64,000 bases of DNA, from contig NW_018407700.1 in the NCBI RefSeq assembly GCF_002113885.1, positions 3,075,038-3,139,037 on the forward strand, given 5' to 3'. The notes under the pieces were generated by a model. The model was not told where the DNA came from. It made no database searches and saw only the letters and a program-made list of their open reading frames with translations. The DNA is from Mizuhopecten yessoensis. Taxonomy: Eukaryota. Positions 1 to 11,210 of the stretch are shown piece by piece (the stretch's first letter is position 1; every line of letters starts with the position of its first letter). Made by a program: the position numbers and the translations under genes.

Positions 1-210
1 TCCAAAGAAATCATCCGGCATATCCTTGACCACGTTGGTGTGTTCTTTACTGACATGGGTCTTCAGGTCTACTGCTCGCCTGAATAATCTGTCTTTAGGG
101 CACCAGCAACACACAACCTGAAGCACATTATGCAGGGCAGTGGACAGATGGTTTTTCAGGTCTCTCCTCTTATCGAACTTGGCAGGACACAACCAGCAGG
201 ACTCCATCAT
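1..210 (-). CDS. Partial ORF with two C2H2 zinc fingers, candidate third ORF of the Gypsy element
   Basis: Manual translation 210->1 is open: MMESCWLCPAKFDKRRDLKNHLSTALHNVLQVVCCWCPKDRLFRRAVDLKTHVSKEHTNVVKDMPDDFFG (CxxC-x12-H-x5-H and CxxC-x14-H-x4-H); ATG directly follows the acceptor-like tttcattacctactatcttacag. Confidence 0.8.
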   Translation of the reverse strand, partial: MMESCWLCPAKFDKRRDLKNHLSTALHNVLQVVCCWCPKDRLFRRAVDLKTHVSKEHTNVVKDMPDDFFG

Positions 211-670
211 CTGTAAGATAGTAGGTAATGAAATATAGTTTTTCTGCTTGAATGGTACGTCATACATTTCCTCAATTGAAATCAGGACATCATTATTCTT
301 ATTTACAGCAGTACACATTGTCTGTCATTTGTGCCAGTCATCATTCCTCACATACAGGTAGGGTAAAAGCTCATCACACTCAACTTCATTTTATTAAGAA
401 AACATCCTTGTTTGAATATTGTTTTATTGAGACATCATTATGATCAGTCCAGTCCCTCTCCAACAAGGTCCCCGCTTGTAATATATTCCCTAATTACATG
501 CGTAACTCTGGTACAGTGCACGTGTTCACTGTATTTCCAGTAAAAAAATAAGTTGTGATCAATCTTAACTTTCACCTTAATTAACTCAACTGTCCTATTA
601 CTCAATGTGCATATAATCCATTATTAGCACTTCTCTATTTTTCTTTTTTTTCTTTTAGCTCATCTCAACA

Positions 671-3074
671 TCAGACTGGTTTCTTTGGCCCTTCATATTT
701 ACGAAGTCTGTCAATATGATGCACCTTTGCTGGCTGTTTTAGACTCTTCTTCACCATGTATGTCACATCGTCTATTCGTCTTGTTATCAGGAATGGACCC
801 TTCCATCTCATTGTGAGCTTCTGGCAAACTCCGACCTTCCTGCGTGTGTCATGTACCCATACCAACTGACCTGCTTTAAGTGTTCTCTTCTTTGCTGTCA
901 GATCATAGTACCGTTTTTGATAGTCTGTTTTCTTTTTCAGGCACTTCCTTGCCATACAGTGGATGTGGTCAAGCTTGCTTTGTAGATCAAAGACATATTC
1001 ATCAGGTTCACACGACTCCTCATCACTGTCAGTTACTGGTCGTCCTATGACTGCCTGCATAGGGAGAGTTATCTCCCTTCCTAGCATCATTGAGTTTGGA
1101 GTTCTGCTTGTGCTCGCATGCTGTGAGGCCCTGTATGCCATCATCACCTGTGGAAGATATTGATCCCAACATCTTTGATCATCTTTGCAATATATGGTTG
1201 ACATGTTAGCCAGGGTTCTGTTAAATCTCTCAACATTGTCATTGGCTTGAGGTCTCATGCTTGTGGTTCTAGTCTTATCAATCTGAAATAAATCACACAT
1301 GTCCTGAAACAATTTGGATCCGAAATTGGAGCCTTGGTCAGAGTGAATTTGTAAAGGTGTTCCAAATCTACACAAAAAAATCATTGACAAATGCCTTTGC
1401 CACAGTTTTAGCTTCTTGATTGGCTATGGCTATAGCTTCAGTCCATTATGTAAAACAATCACAGATTACAAAGATGTATCTATTTCCACTTTCTGTCACC
1501 GGAAGTGGACCAAGAATGTCCACGGCAACTCTTTCCATAGGTTCACCGGTCAAATATTGCTTCATAGGAGCTCTATTTGATGCGTTCGAAGGTTTTCGTG
1601 CAGAGCATAAATCGCATTTGCGACAGTAGTTCTTTACAAAGTCTTTCATCATTGGCCAGTACAAACTTTTCTTGATTTTCTCTAATGTCTTGTCTGCACC
1701 CAAATGTCCAGCAGATGGAACATCATGGTGGTACTTCAAAATGTCTGCTTTTCTGTTTTCAGGAACTATCAGCTGAAGAACAGACTCGTCTCCATCATCA
1801 ATCATCCACTTTCTGTACAGCATGCCACCATGCATCTGAAGGCGATCCCAGTGTCTCCATAAAGTCTTGAGAGCTGCAGGATACTTTGAAACATCATTCC
1901 ATGTAGGGCGGTTACATCCACTTTCGAAAGCAGTCAGAATTGGCGCTATGTTTGGGTCAGTTAGTTGTTATTCTTTTATCTCATCAGGATTCCAATCAGA
2001 TAGTATGCTACACCCCATTGTTAAGTCACGCGCTTTCTGATTGTTATTCTGACTGCGTGTCACGACTCTAACAATGTTGCTCCTGACCGTGTCCTCAGGC
2101 ATTTCCTCAGCAGGACATAGGTTGTCATCTTCATCATCTATAAGGTTCCCATCCTGCTGCCTTGTGCAAACTTTACATGGATTACGGGATAATGCATCTG
2201 CATTTGTATGCTTCCGTCCAGGTCTGTGAGAAACAGACAGGTTGTATGTTCCTAATAGCTCCAACCACCGCGCAACTTGTCCAGTTGGATTCTTCAGATT
2301 TCTCATCCAGCTGACAGCAGCGTTGTCTGTTCTTAGCAATACTTCTTGACCATACAAATACGGATGGAAGGTTTTCAAGGCACAAACTACTGCCAATAGT
2401 TCTTTCCTTGTCACACAATAAGACTGCTCATGTTTGTTCATAGATTTGCTCATATATGCTATGACTCTTTCAGAACCTTCAAATTCCATTGGATAGAACT
2501 GCACCGACAACAAAAGCACTGGCATCTGTATCGAGGGTGAAGGACTTGTTTGATACTGGATACATCAATATTGGAGAGGTCACTAAAGCTCCCTTCAGCT
2601 GTTCAAAAGCAGTCTGGCATTCAGACGTCCATTTCAATTTAGCCCCTTTCTCACAGAGTTTGTGCATTGGGCGAGCTATTGCTGCAAACCCCTGTATGAA
2701 ACCTCGATATTAGGAACATAACCCAAGAAAACTTCGTATTTGTNGTTCAATTTAGCCCCTTTCTCACAGAGTTTGTGCATTGGACGAGCTATTGCTGCAA
2801 ACCCCTGTATGAAACCTCGATATTAGGAACATAACCCAAGAAAACTTCGTATTTGTTTTGCATTCTTGGGTACTGGCCAGTTTTTCACTGCAGAAATTTT
2901 GTCAGGGTCTGTGTGTATCCCATCTTCGGAAACAATGTGTCCCAAAAATTTAACTCTCCTCTGAAAGAAAACACACTTTGAGGGTTTGAGTTTCAAATTG
3001 GCATCTAACAGTCACATGAATACATGTTCCAATCTGTCTAATGTTTCTTGAAATGATCTTCCTGGAACAATAAT
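671..3074 (-). pseudogene. pol: Gypsy pol remnant: RT C-terminus, RNase H, integrase
   Basis: KLKPSKC..FLGHIVS (RT end); FTLDTDAS, YCVTRKELLAVV, LRTDNAAVSW (RNase H); HHDVPSAGHLG..CRKCDLC zinc motif; VAVDILGP, IHSDQGSNF, VERFNRT (DDE); WKGPF; split across several ORFs by frameshifts. Confidence 0.95.
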
Positions 3075-4059
3075 GTTCCATCTATTGTTTTGTGGACAAT
3101 TACGGCACAAATGGTCTGTGGAACTACAAACAAAGCATTTCCTGACTTGTCGAGATGAATAACCTCCCTTGTTGTACTGAGCAGCCTTATTATTTTCAAG
3201 CTGTGCAATTCTCTCCAGTAACTGCTGAATGTCTTTATCTTCATACTTTGCTTTTGTATTAGAGTCAGTTGTATCCTTAGTATTCAACTTTTGATTTGTG
3301 GTCATACGAACGGTTGCTCGTTTTTTATCACTGGTTTCTCCAAGGACTGCTTCATACCTCTCAATGACTTCTACAGCTTCTGTGACATTCCTGCAATCTT
3401 TGTCAATGCAACGACATTTCATTTCAGTAGAGATACCTTTATACAGTTGATTCAAAGCAAGAACATCCTGAGCTTTGGTATCTAGGTTCGAATATGCTCG
3501 TTGAGCCATTTGCCTCAGGTCATCACCCAATGCAGCTATGGACTCCCCGGGTGCACGTTTCCTCATCTCCAGTCTTGAGAGCCACCTGTTCTGCTGTCTG
3601 GTACTACCAAATCTCTGCCCAAGCTTAGACTTCAAAACTTCATAAGTTCTCTTCTCTGAACCTGACAAGCTAATGTAAAATGTCCTAGCTGGACCTCGGA
3701 GACTAGCAACTAATGTGAGACCTTTGTTTTTCTCTGTCCATTGCCCAAGCTCAGCACAGTCTTCAAAATGGGAGATGTATTCTTCCCAGTCATCTTTTCC
3801 ATCATATGGCTCAGGTTTCATGATAAAACCTCTGTGATATTGCCTCATCTCAGCAAAAGGGTGGCAGTCAGTCAGCATCCCCTTCAATACGGTTACAGTC
3901 ATAGAACTCATCATTGACATTCGGTTCTTTTTCTTTATGATCTGTATCATCATCACCCACAGTTGTGTCCCCTTGACCAATCTCTTCTTCTTCTTCATTA
4001 AGTTTAAATGGGTCATCCATATTTAGTCTTATCTCAGGATCTGGAGATGCTGCCATCAT
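3075..4059 (-). pseudogene. gag: Gypsy gag with one frameshift near 3870 and a CCHC zinc knuckle
   Basis: Acidic N-terminus (ORF 3868..4059) shifts into KPEPYDGKDDWEEYISHFEDCAELGQW... ending CFVCSSTDHLCRNCP. Confidence 0.9.
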
Positions 4060-4300
4060 CTGTTTGTTATATAGTACTTATCAATATACTTTGCTCCAAT
4101 GTGTTTTGTTTGTGTTATAATAAAATAAGAGAACTGTTTTTTTTTTCTTCACACACACCTATTACAGTGTACAAAAATAAACTAGCAGCGATAGAAAATA
4201 TATTTAATTTAAGAAAATGAGGAGCCACCACACTAAGTTTTAAGTAGAGAGATTCAGGAACTTCAGGTCCGCATCACAGGATGTCTTTTAGATTGAAGAC

Positions 4301-4318
4301 ATCCCACTTCTGACACCA
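4301..4318 (-). other. Primer-binding site complementary to the tRNA-Leu(CAA) 3' end
   Basis: Minus strand TGGTGTCAGAAGTGGGAT, 3 nt after the LTR end ...CTACA. Confidence 0.9.
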
Positions 4319-4321
4319 ATT

Positions 4322-5603
4322 TGTAGCAGGCCTGGCTTTGGTCTTCTGTGGTCATCAATTAGAGTTCACAAACACAATAAAAACAGTTCACTTGTTTTTA
4401 TTACACATAAATTTCATCAATCATATATTTGTACAGGGGTGCTGCAACTCTCTCTTCCTAGCATCATGCTCTCATACTGTCATAGGTCAGTGTCGTGGGA
4501 GACAATTATGTACTTAATAACTTCAGATTATAGAATAACTTGTGACGATTAACAAGAAAATAGGCTTAACATTTGATACAATATCTGTAGCAGTTACTTT
4601 ACACTAGCATTATGGTAACGGTAGTACAGTATTAGCCTAGTACTACAGTATAGTACTACTAATCTATTTTTGACAGTATTGTCAGTAATCAACTATCTGC
4701 ATACCTAACAGTAGTAATTATCTCCGTATAAGTTATCTCCCTTGGATAAAGCTATAGTAGTTCAAGTTTAAGAATTAATACTCTCGTGGCCAAAGCTACA
4801 AGATTGTCTGACATGAACGTCTTTCGCGCTCCCTTTTATACCTTTATCACATGATCACCTGATCCATCTCAACCAATGAAATTGCTTCTCACATCAACTC
4901 TCACAAAAAGTTCCTCATCCTCTCGCATGATAAATCTAGTATTTACAAAGTTACAATTTCCTAACATGTGTCCTCTTTCTGTCCTTATTCTTCTTATTAT
5001 AATTAAAAGTGATTAAATCAGTAAGGACAAGATAAAACACAAAACTCATAAAAAGCACAAACACTTTCGGTCTCAGTTTGTCTCACAAGAATAGCAGACG
5101 CCATGCGTAATGTTACACAAAAATGGCGCGATAAGGCTAGAAAGATAGTTCTAATGATTATTACTATCATAATAAATCTATAACATTTCTTGTATAACTA
5201 AACTTGTAGATAATATTCAAATATCAGCAACATTCCTATGAATTTATCATCTAGCTTATAAGTAGACACAGAAGCTCTTTTTCAAGGCCTAGCTTTACAT
5301 TACGTTCCAATCGGCAACTCACTTCCGGTTTACAAGCAGCTTCACACTCGCTAAATATAAGGAACAATTCAACAAGTTCTCGATGGCGGTTCGATATAAA
5401 AGGTATGTTAAAACGATGATAGAATGTCCCGTGTCTCGATGTCCTTACTTCCTTCTAGTAATGTCCTAATATATATATAGCAGCAGTACTCTCTTGCATT
5501 ACGTAGTTGATCCAGTTCTTCACATAAACTAGTTGATCGACAGTTCTTCACTTAAGAAGTAGGAGTTTTAAATAACTAGTGACATGCTTGTATGTTCACT
5601 ACA
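4322..5603 (-). repeat. 5' LTR (~1.28 kb)
   Basis: TGTAG...CTACA inverted termini; minus-strand AATAAA near 4400; internal core promoter. The outer end (5603, alternative 4800) cannot be confirmed without the 3' LTR. Confidence 0.7.
4807..4877 (-). promoter_or_regulatory. LTR core promoter (CCAAT, TATA, Inr-like)
   Basis: CCAAT at 4873-4877; minus-strand TATAAAAG 4840-4833; TCAGA with A at 4809, 31 nt downstream and facing gag. Confidence 0.6.
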
Positions 5604-5992
5604 ATAGACACCGTCACATTGCTTTCAAATCCCTAACATTTTCAGATTTGCAAAATACAAAGTGCACCGAAATACACTGTAGAATACTGAGAGTATTGCA
5701 TGTACATCGCGCAGGAATTAAGTTCAACTAATGGGTTACGGCAAACCTGCGGGACTGATTGTCCATCAGCGGAAACAATTACTTTGTAATGTTAAAAACA
5801 AACTAGAAATACGAACACATAGAACATACACTTTATTTAAAAACTGTACAATATATAATTAAAGATAACAGTAAGAGTGGCAAACATAAATAAGATATAC
5901 ATTATCTAATACAAAAATGATTGATGGATTTGATGGGATTTCTCGTGCATACTGCTGTTTTATAGTAAAGCAAAGTAAAACCAAACATTATA

Positions 5993-6500
5993 TCATTTAA
6001 TTGACATATCTTTCGTCAAGAACAGAAACTCCCACTTTGTGAAGTACGTGACATAGCTTGCGCGCTTAACTTGCTTTCCAGTTGTTTTCACCAAAATCAC
6101 GCAGTTACATGTACATATCTGTATGAATTCTTTATATAGGTGCATCAGTCCTTGAACACGCGTAGAAGACAAATCCTGAAGTTTAGGTGTTACTGGGAAG
6201 TATTCCCCGTAGTTCACTAGCAGTTGGCAATCCTGCAGCGCTTTAGCAACGCCTTTGATGCTGTTTGAACGTTGTAACATCACCAGATTGCTGTTAAAAT
6301 TGCTAATTGATGTACATCTGGAGCCTAATGTCAATTTATCTCCACGTTTGCAATATGTTGATATAAACATGCCAAATGTTAAAAAAAAAAATATATTGAA
6401 AGAGACAAGAAAAAAGCCACCAGTACGTTGGAGATTGTTCGAATATGTATTTGTAAACAAAACAATTTCCCCTGAGAGGCCCACAGGTCCCGGATAGAGA
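5993..6500 (-). pseudogene. Fossil L1/Tx1-like LINE reverse transcriptase fragment
   Basis: Ordered decayed motifs PGPVGLSGE (~PGPDGLPGE), KRGDK..SISNFN (~KKGD..RPISLLN), LRGILPS..SGFV in another frame, KWEFLF (~AFDSVEWEFLF). Confidence 0.5.
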
Positions 6501-7399
6501 AAAAACACAAAGAACACATCATTAACGAGAAATATAACTTGTATCTAAAGCCTTATTCAATACAAAAATAAACATATGATTGAATGGATATCTTAATGGT
6601 CAAAATGCAGCCATGATTTTAAACTTGATGTCTTTAGTCGCTCGGAGTTTCTGTGATATTGTATGCTCTACAATTAAGGTGAAAATGTGAGTGCTTAAAT
6701 TATTTTAGCGCTTAACATTGCTTGTAAACGAGTGCAAACATTATTTTGCTTGTTTCAGACTGATCATTGTTAAAATTAATATGAACCATTTGTTGAAGTT
6801 GATTATAAGATGCCACTTTTGCCAATTCTTCATTATTACTTTCGCTTTTATAGTGGTGTATTTTACATGCTTTCCGTATAACCATAAAATAACCGTATAC
6901 AAATATGATTTATTTTCACCTCAATAGCAACATACAAGCACCTATGTTTGTAGAATTACAGCTCCTCATATGTTCTAGGTGTATGGATATTCTGCCTATA
7001 TTTGTCTTGTCGAATAATGCACAGTTTAAATAATATAGACAATAATGTACGATCGTCATTATTTCCAGTTAATCTAGTTTATTCGCACTGTTTAGCACTC
7101 CACATACTAGTATATTTCTGACTTATGGAATATGTGCCTTTTTTAGTAAATGTTTGATAAAGCCATCAATGCCGAAACGATCCCATTTCAAGTATCTGCG
7201 TACAACGTTGACTGACTATTGTAAAATGTAACAAGATCACACCGGAGTGGGCTATTTGCAGGACTGAAAATGTATGCTTTACTTCTATCTTATTCTTGTT
7301 GACTGTTACAACTAAATAGCTTCCGAGATTTCTAATATCAACAAGTATTATAATAGGAAAAAGGGAAGGATCAGCATCAGTCTATACGAAATAGAACAT

Positions 7400-8008
7400 G
7401 TACTAGAAAAACGCAGTAATGAAACACCTGTCAAACTAATATTTCGACGAAGAGAGTAAACACAAAATACTGCACAGGTGGTCATTTAGTTCATCTAGGA
7501 CGCAACAGTGTTAAAGATCAGGGTTCGTGATGAAGGTATCAGTTTTCTTACGACAATGAGAAGTAATAGTGATCGTACAAACATGTCTATTTTGTCTTAA
7601 TATTGTCGAGTAGAATTCCACTCCAACTCTATCATAATAATTTAATTGTCATCCATATTTATAAGTAATTCTTAGCAAGATGGTTAGTGCTGTTCCGTTA
7701 AAAAGGTTCTAAAATATGATAGAGAATAATTCTGCTACCATTAATTAAGCTAGTAAAACATCGCTTTTTGCGGATTTAAATGCCACTGCAATTCAAGACT
7801 CAAATTCGATCCAAAAAAAAGTAGCAAGCGGGAACTGAGTAGACATCAAAACAATAGACAGGACATAAACAACTCCCATTGAACCACGGAGGAAGGACTT
7901 AGGAATGTTAACGATCGTGAAATAAAAGTCGCCAGGGTTTGTCATGAGTTTGGTTGTTTCGTTACTATGGAGTTTGGTAGAAAGATGACATATATACAAT
8001 GAAGTCAT
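7400..8008 (-). mobile_element. Decayed Naiad-type Penelope RT C-terminus and 3' end, copy A
   Basis: TKLMTNPGDFYFTIVNIP resembles TKLYDKRDDFNFPIVNFP; paralogous to 9350-10039. Confidence 0.55.
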
Positions 8009-9349
8009 GCGGTTGGAATGTTATTGAGTTTGAAACAAAATGACATTTTTGTTTATTTTTGTTAAATGCAATGTCACACGACAGCGAGTGAAAATACTTT
8101 AGGAACACAATTGACCTGTTGTAGCAAAACATTTAGAATTCTTCATTTAAAAAGGTTTTGTATTCATCGTTTTCTTTCGGTTGTATTTCTGTATATTTCT
8201 GAGGAGTCAACAAATATGTTACAACACATATTAAAGTTGATGAATTGTCTGAATGAACGTACTTACCTTTCAAATAGGGGTTCTCTTACTTCGTGTTGAT
8301 AATTATTTTGTTATGTCTTAAGGTACATGACCCTACCAGTGAAATGTCAGGTCCTGAGGTAAAAAAAACTATGGTAAAGCATGAACAAAGCAAAGATTTA
8401 CAAGCAGACACTTGAAATGTACATACAGATTACGACGAGATGTTTTAAAAGGGTACGCGTATTTCCGTTTAATCAGCAACACCCGCTATATGTGTGAAAT
8501 GTCTAAAACGAAAGCCGAACAAATATTTTCTACACAATTATACCATTTGCGACTCACGTTCTAAAAGGTATCCGAGTACTGTTCTGAATTCATCACATTA
8601 CTGTATTGCACAACACTCTCAAATTCTGACATGCAGTATATTGAAATAAAAGGTTCTAATGATTGTATCAAACTATCGTTTGATTTGAAATGACAATAAC
8701 AACATATCATGTATATATGTACAAGATCATAATCGTGAATGTTCTCCAGCATCTGTCACTGATGAAATGGTGCCCCTTGCTAGTGAAATATAATATTTTA
8801 GCCAACATAGCTGGTAAAATCAATGACTCACACAACTAAATCATTTGGTATATGTTATTGCTAAGCGTGTGATCCAATAGCGTTGATATTTGAATTTAAA
8901 CACTAGTGACAACTGTCTAGATACATACCTGACAAAGGCTTCGAAAGGCATCTTTTGGCATGTTTAGTGGCATATAAGAGTAATACAGGCTTCTGGTTTT
9001 GACAAATTACTCTGTATTTAACCGGACCAATTTTAAGTGGGATTAAAATCGTATGAAACACTTGATACTTGGCTGATTTAGTTGTGTGAGTCCTTAAACA
9101 GATTGCCTTTTTAGTATTCACGTACAACATTATGTTACATTACTGTTGTAACACATACCAATCACACCCCAATTGGCTACAGTGTAAACAGATAACGTTC
9201 ATCCTTATCCTTATATGTTATTTATGGATACAGCTGTAGTTTGTTAATTGATTCAGAAACAAAACTTTCTAGCATTCGAAGAAAAAAAAAAAATTGTGAG
9301 ATATTTGCGAAGTTCCTTACTTTGATAAATCAGCATCCAGCACGTCGTA

Positions 9350-10039
9350 CTAGAAATTAAAAGTAAGAAAGCACTTATTTAAAATAGCAATTCGATTTTA
9401 CTGCAACGCATGGTCATTTCGTCGCCCTAGGACTCACCCGTGGTACCAATGGTCAAAGTTCGCGATGTAGGTATCAGTTTTCCTAGGACACAGAGAAACA
9501 ACATTGTCATTATAAACATGTCTATTCAATGTAAATAGTGTCCTTGTACAATTTGTCTCATACTCTTACATTGTATGATGGTTAAATTGGCAAAAGTTAT
9601 ACATATGTATATATACGTACACTTAACAAGGAGGTTAGTGCCGTTCCATAAAATAGGCTCTAAAATTTGTTACAGTCAAATACTATTACATGTACCACGA
9701 CACAAATCAGTAGGAATTCTTTCATTCTTACATGGCTGTACTCAGATTTGAACAGTTCCCGAAATAACAGCCGCACAACATCGTTGTTTGCGGATTTAAA
9801 TGCCACCAAGATGCAAGATGCAAACCCGATGTAAAAGACAAAGTAGCAAACATGAACTGAGGAGACATCAAAACAATAGAAAGGACATAAACAACTCCCA
9901 TTGAACCACGGAGGAAGGAACTAGGGGTGTTAACGATCGTGACATAAAAGTCGCCAGGGTTTGTCATGAGCTTTGTGGTGATGTGACCATTACTGTCTTG
10001 GCAAAGGCATGCCATGTGATACGGTAGGGAGGTGGCCAT
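9350..10039 (-). mobile_element. Decayed Naiad-type Penelope RT C-terminus and 3' end, copy B
   Basis: DSNGHITTKLMTNPGDFYVTIVNTP; alignable to 7400-7960 at about 2 kb offset. Confidence 0.55.
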
Positions 10040-10922
10040 TGATGTTTTACTGTGCCAGCTGGTGACAGTTATTTGGCAGCTAGTGCAGGTAATTTTAAAG
10101 AAATTTTTTGGGTGGTAGAAAAAAATGAAATTATAAGGTTCGGTTTGTATCTTTTGTCAGTTATATATTTTGGAACTCTTTAGACAGACATGTGTAATAC
10201 ATGCTTACTTGTTTCATTTCATTTCAGCAAATTTTATTAAAAAAAAGAAAGAAAAAAAAGAGACAGGATGGGCCTGTGTCGGTTTTCTCACATGATAGGT
10301 AGTGATCCACCTGTATGCATTGGAAATTTAATTTAAAGTGAAATGAAAAAATTTGAACCGGATTCAAATTATATACAACAAATTTATATATACGTGAAAG
10401 TCAGTGGTACAGGGAGATCACTCCACTAATGATTTTAAGATTTACTTATCAGTCTGTGTTGAGTCTATACACCACCAGAGTACCATGTCGTACATGTGTC
10501 AAAGACAAACTGAATGGTGCGCTAGCGCGCACCATGATAAGTTTGTCTGTGACACCTGTGGCAGTTATTCCAGTTGGCCTGCCACTTCTATGCAGTTTAT
10601 TGCTTATATTTATATTTCCATAATGAGAATTCGCAATTTTTTTTATGTCTTTTCCAAATTTCAAATTTCCCGCTTATTATCGTCAGTTGATGATCAGGTC
10701 AGTATCTAGAACGGCACAAAGATAACAGCTGACGTCATGCGCTATTTCCCATACAAAATTGAAAAGACTCCGCAACTTTCGTTAATAATTCATTTGATTT
10801 TGATTTATATATATATCATTTGGTCGATTCATAAACAGTAACAAATGACATTTTGTAAGTAACTAATCAAGTGTCTTAAAACATTGCCCGATTTTATTGC
10901 GACCTATATCTGGCGCATGCAC

Positions 10923-11210
10923 TCAACGGAAGCCCGCAGTAATCAGGTCAGAGTTATATTTGCAGTACGGCATGTAGTTGATGTTGATCGTGCAACCGGA
11001 GAAGGTTGAATTGGTGAAAAATCCAGGCGTAAAATTGTTTGTTGATCTCACAGACACTTGAGACAGGCAGGTGGTGTTCGGGATCAAAGCAGAAGATACC
11101 GATAAGTTCGGTAGTGACACTGTTAAGTCGCTCGGAGGTGCGAAGACCAACTTCAGTTATAGTCTCATAAGATGAAGCTGCTATTGGCAGTACTTTAGAA
11201 GTAATATAGA
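10923..11210 (-). pseudogene. Probable Crypton (DUF3504 tyrosine recombinase) C-terminal tail remnant
   Basis: S/T-rich tail ending GFFTNSTFSGCTININY, same pattern as the tail at 16650; catalytic motifs not seen. Confidence 0.45.

Larger units (their letters stand above)
1..5603 (-). mobile_element. Ty3/Gypsy LTR retrotransposon, decayed and internally deleted; 3' part runs off the window's left edge
   Basis: Minus-strand order LTR, PBS, gag, (RT end, RNase H, integrase), extra ORF; integrase after RNase H is Gypsy order; several frameshifts and stops. Confidence 0.95.

Noticed and set aside
252-4220. Short plus-strand ORFs over the Gypsy element
   Set aside because: Antisense shadows of gag/pol or random ORFs with no motifs
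8440-8760. Third Naiad-like 3' fragment on the minus strand
   Set aside because: Only faint similarity to the tail and RT motifs
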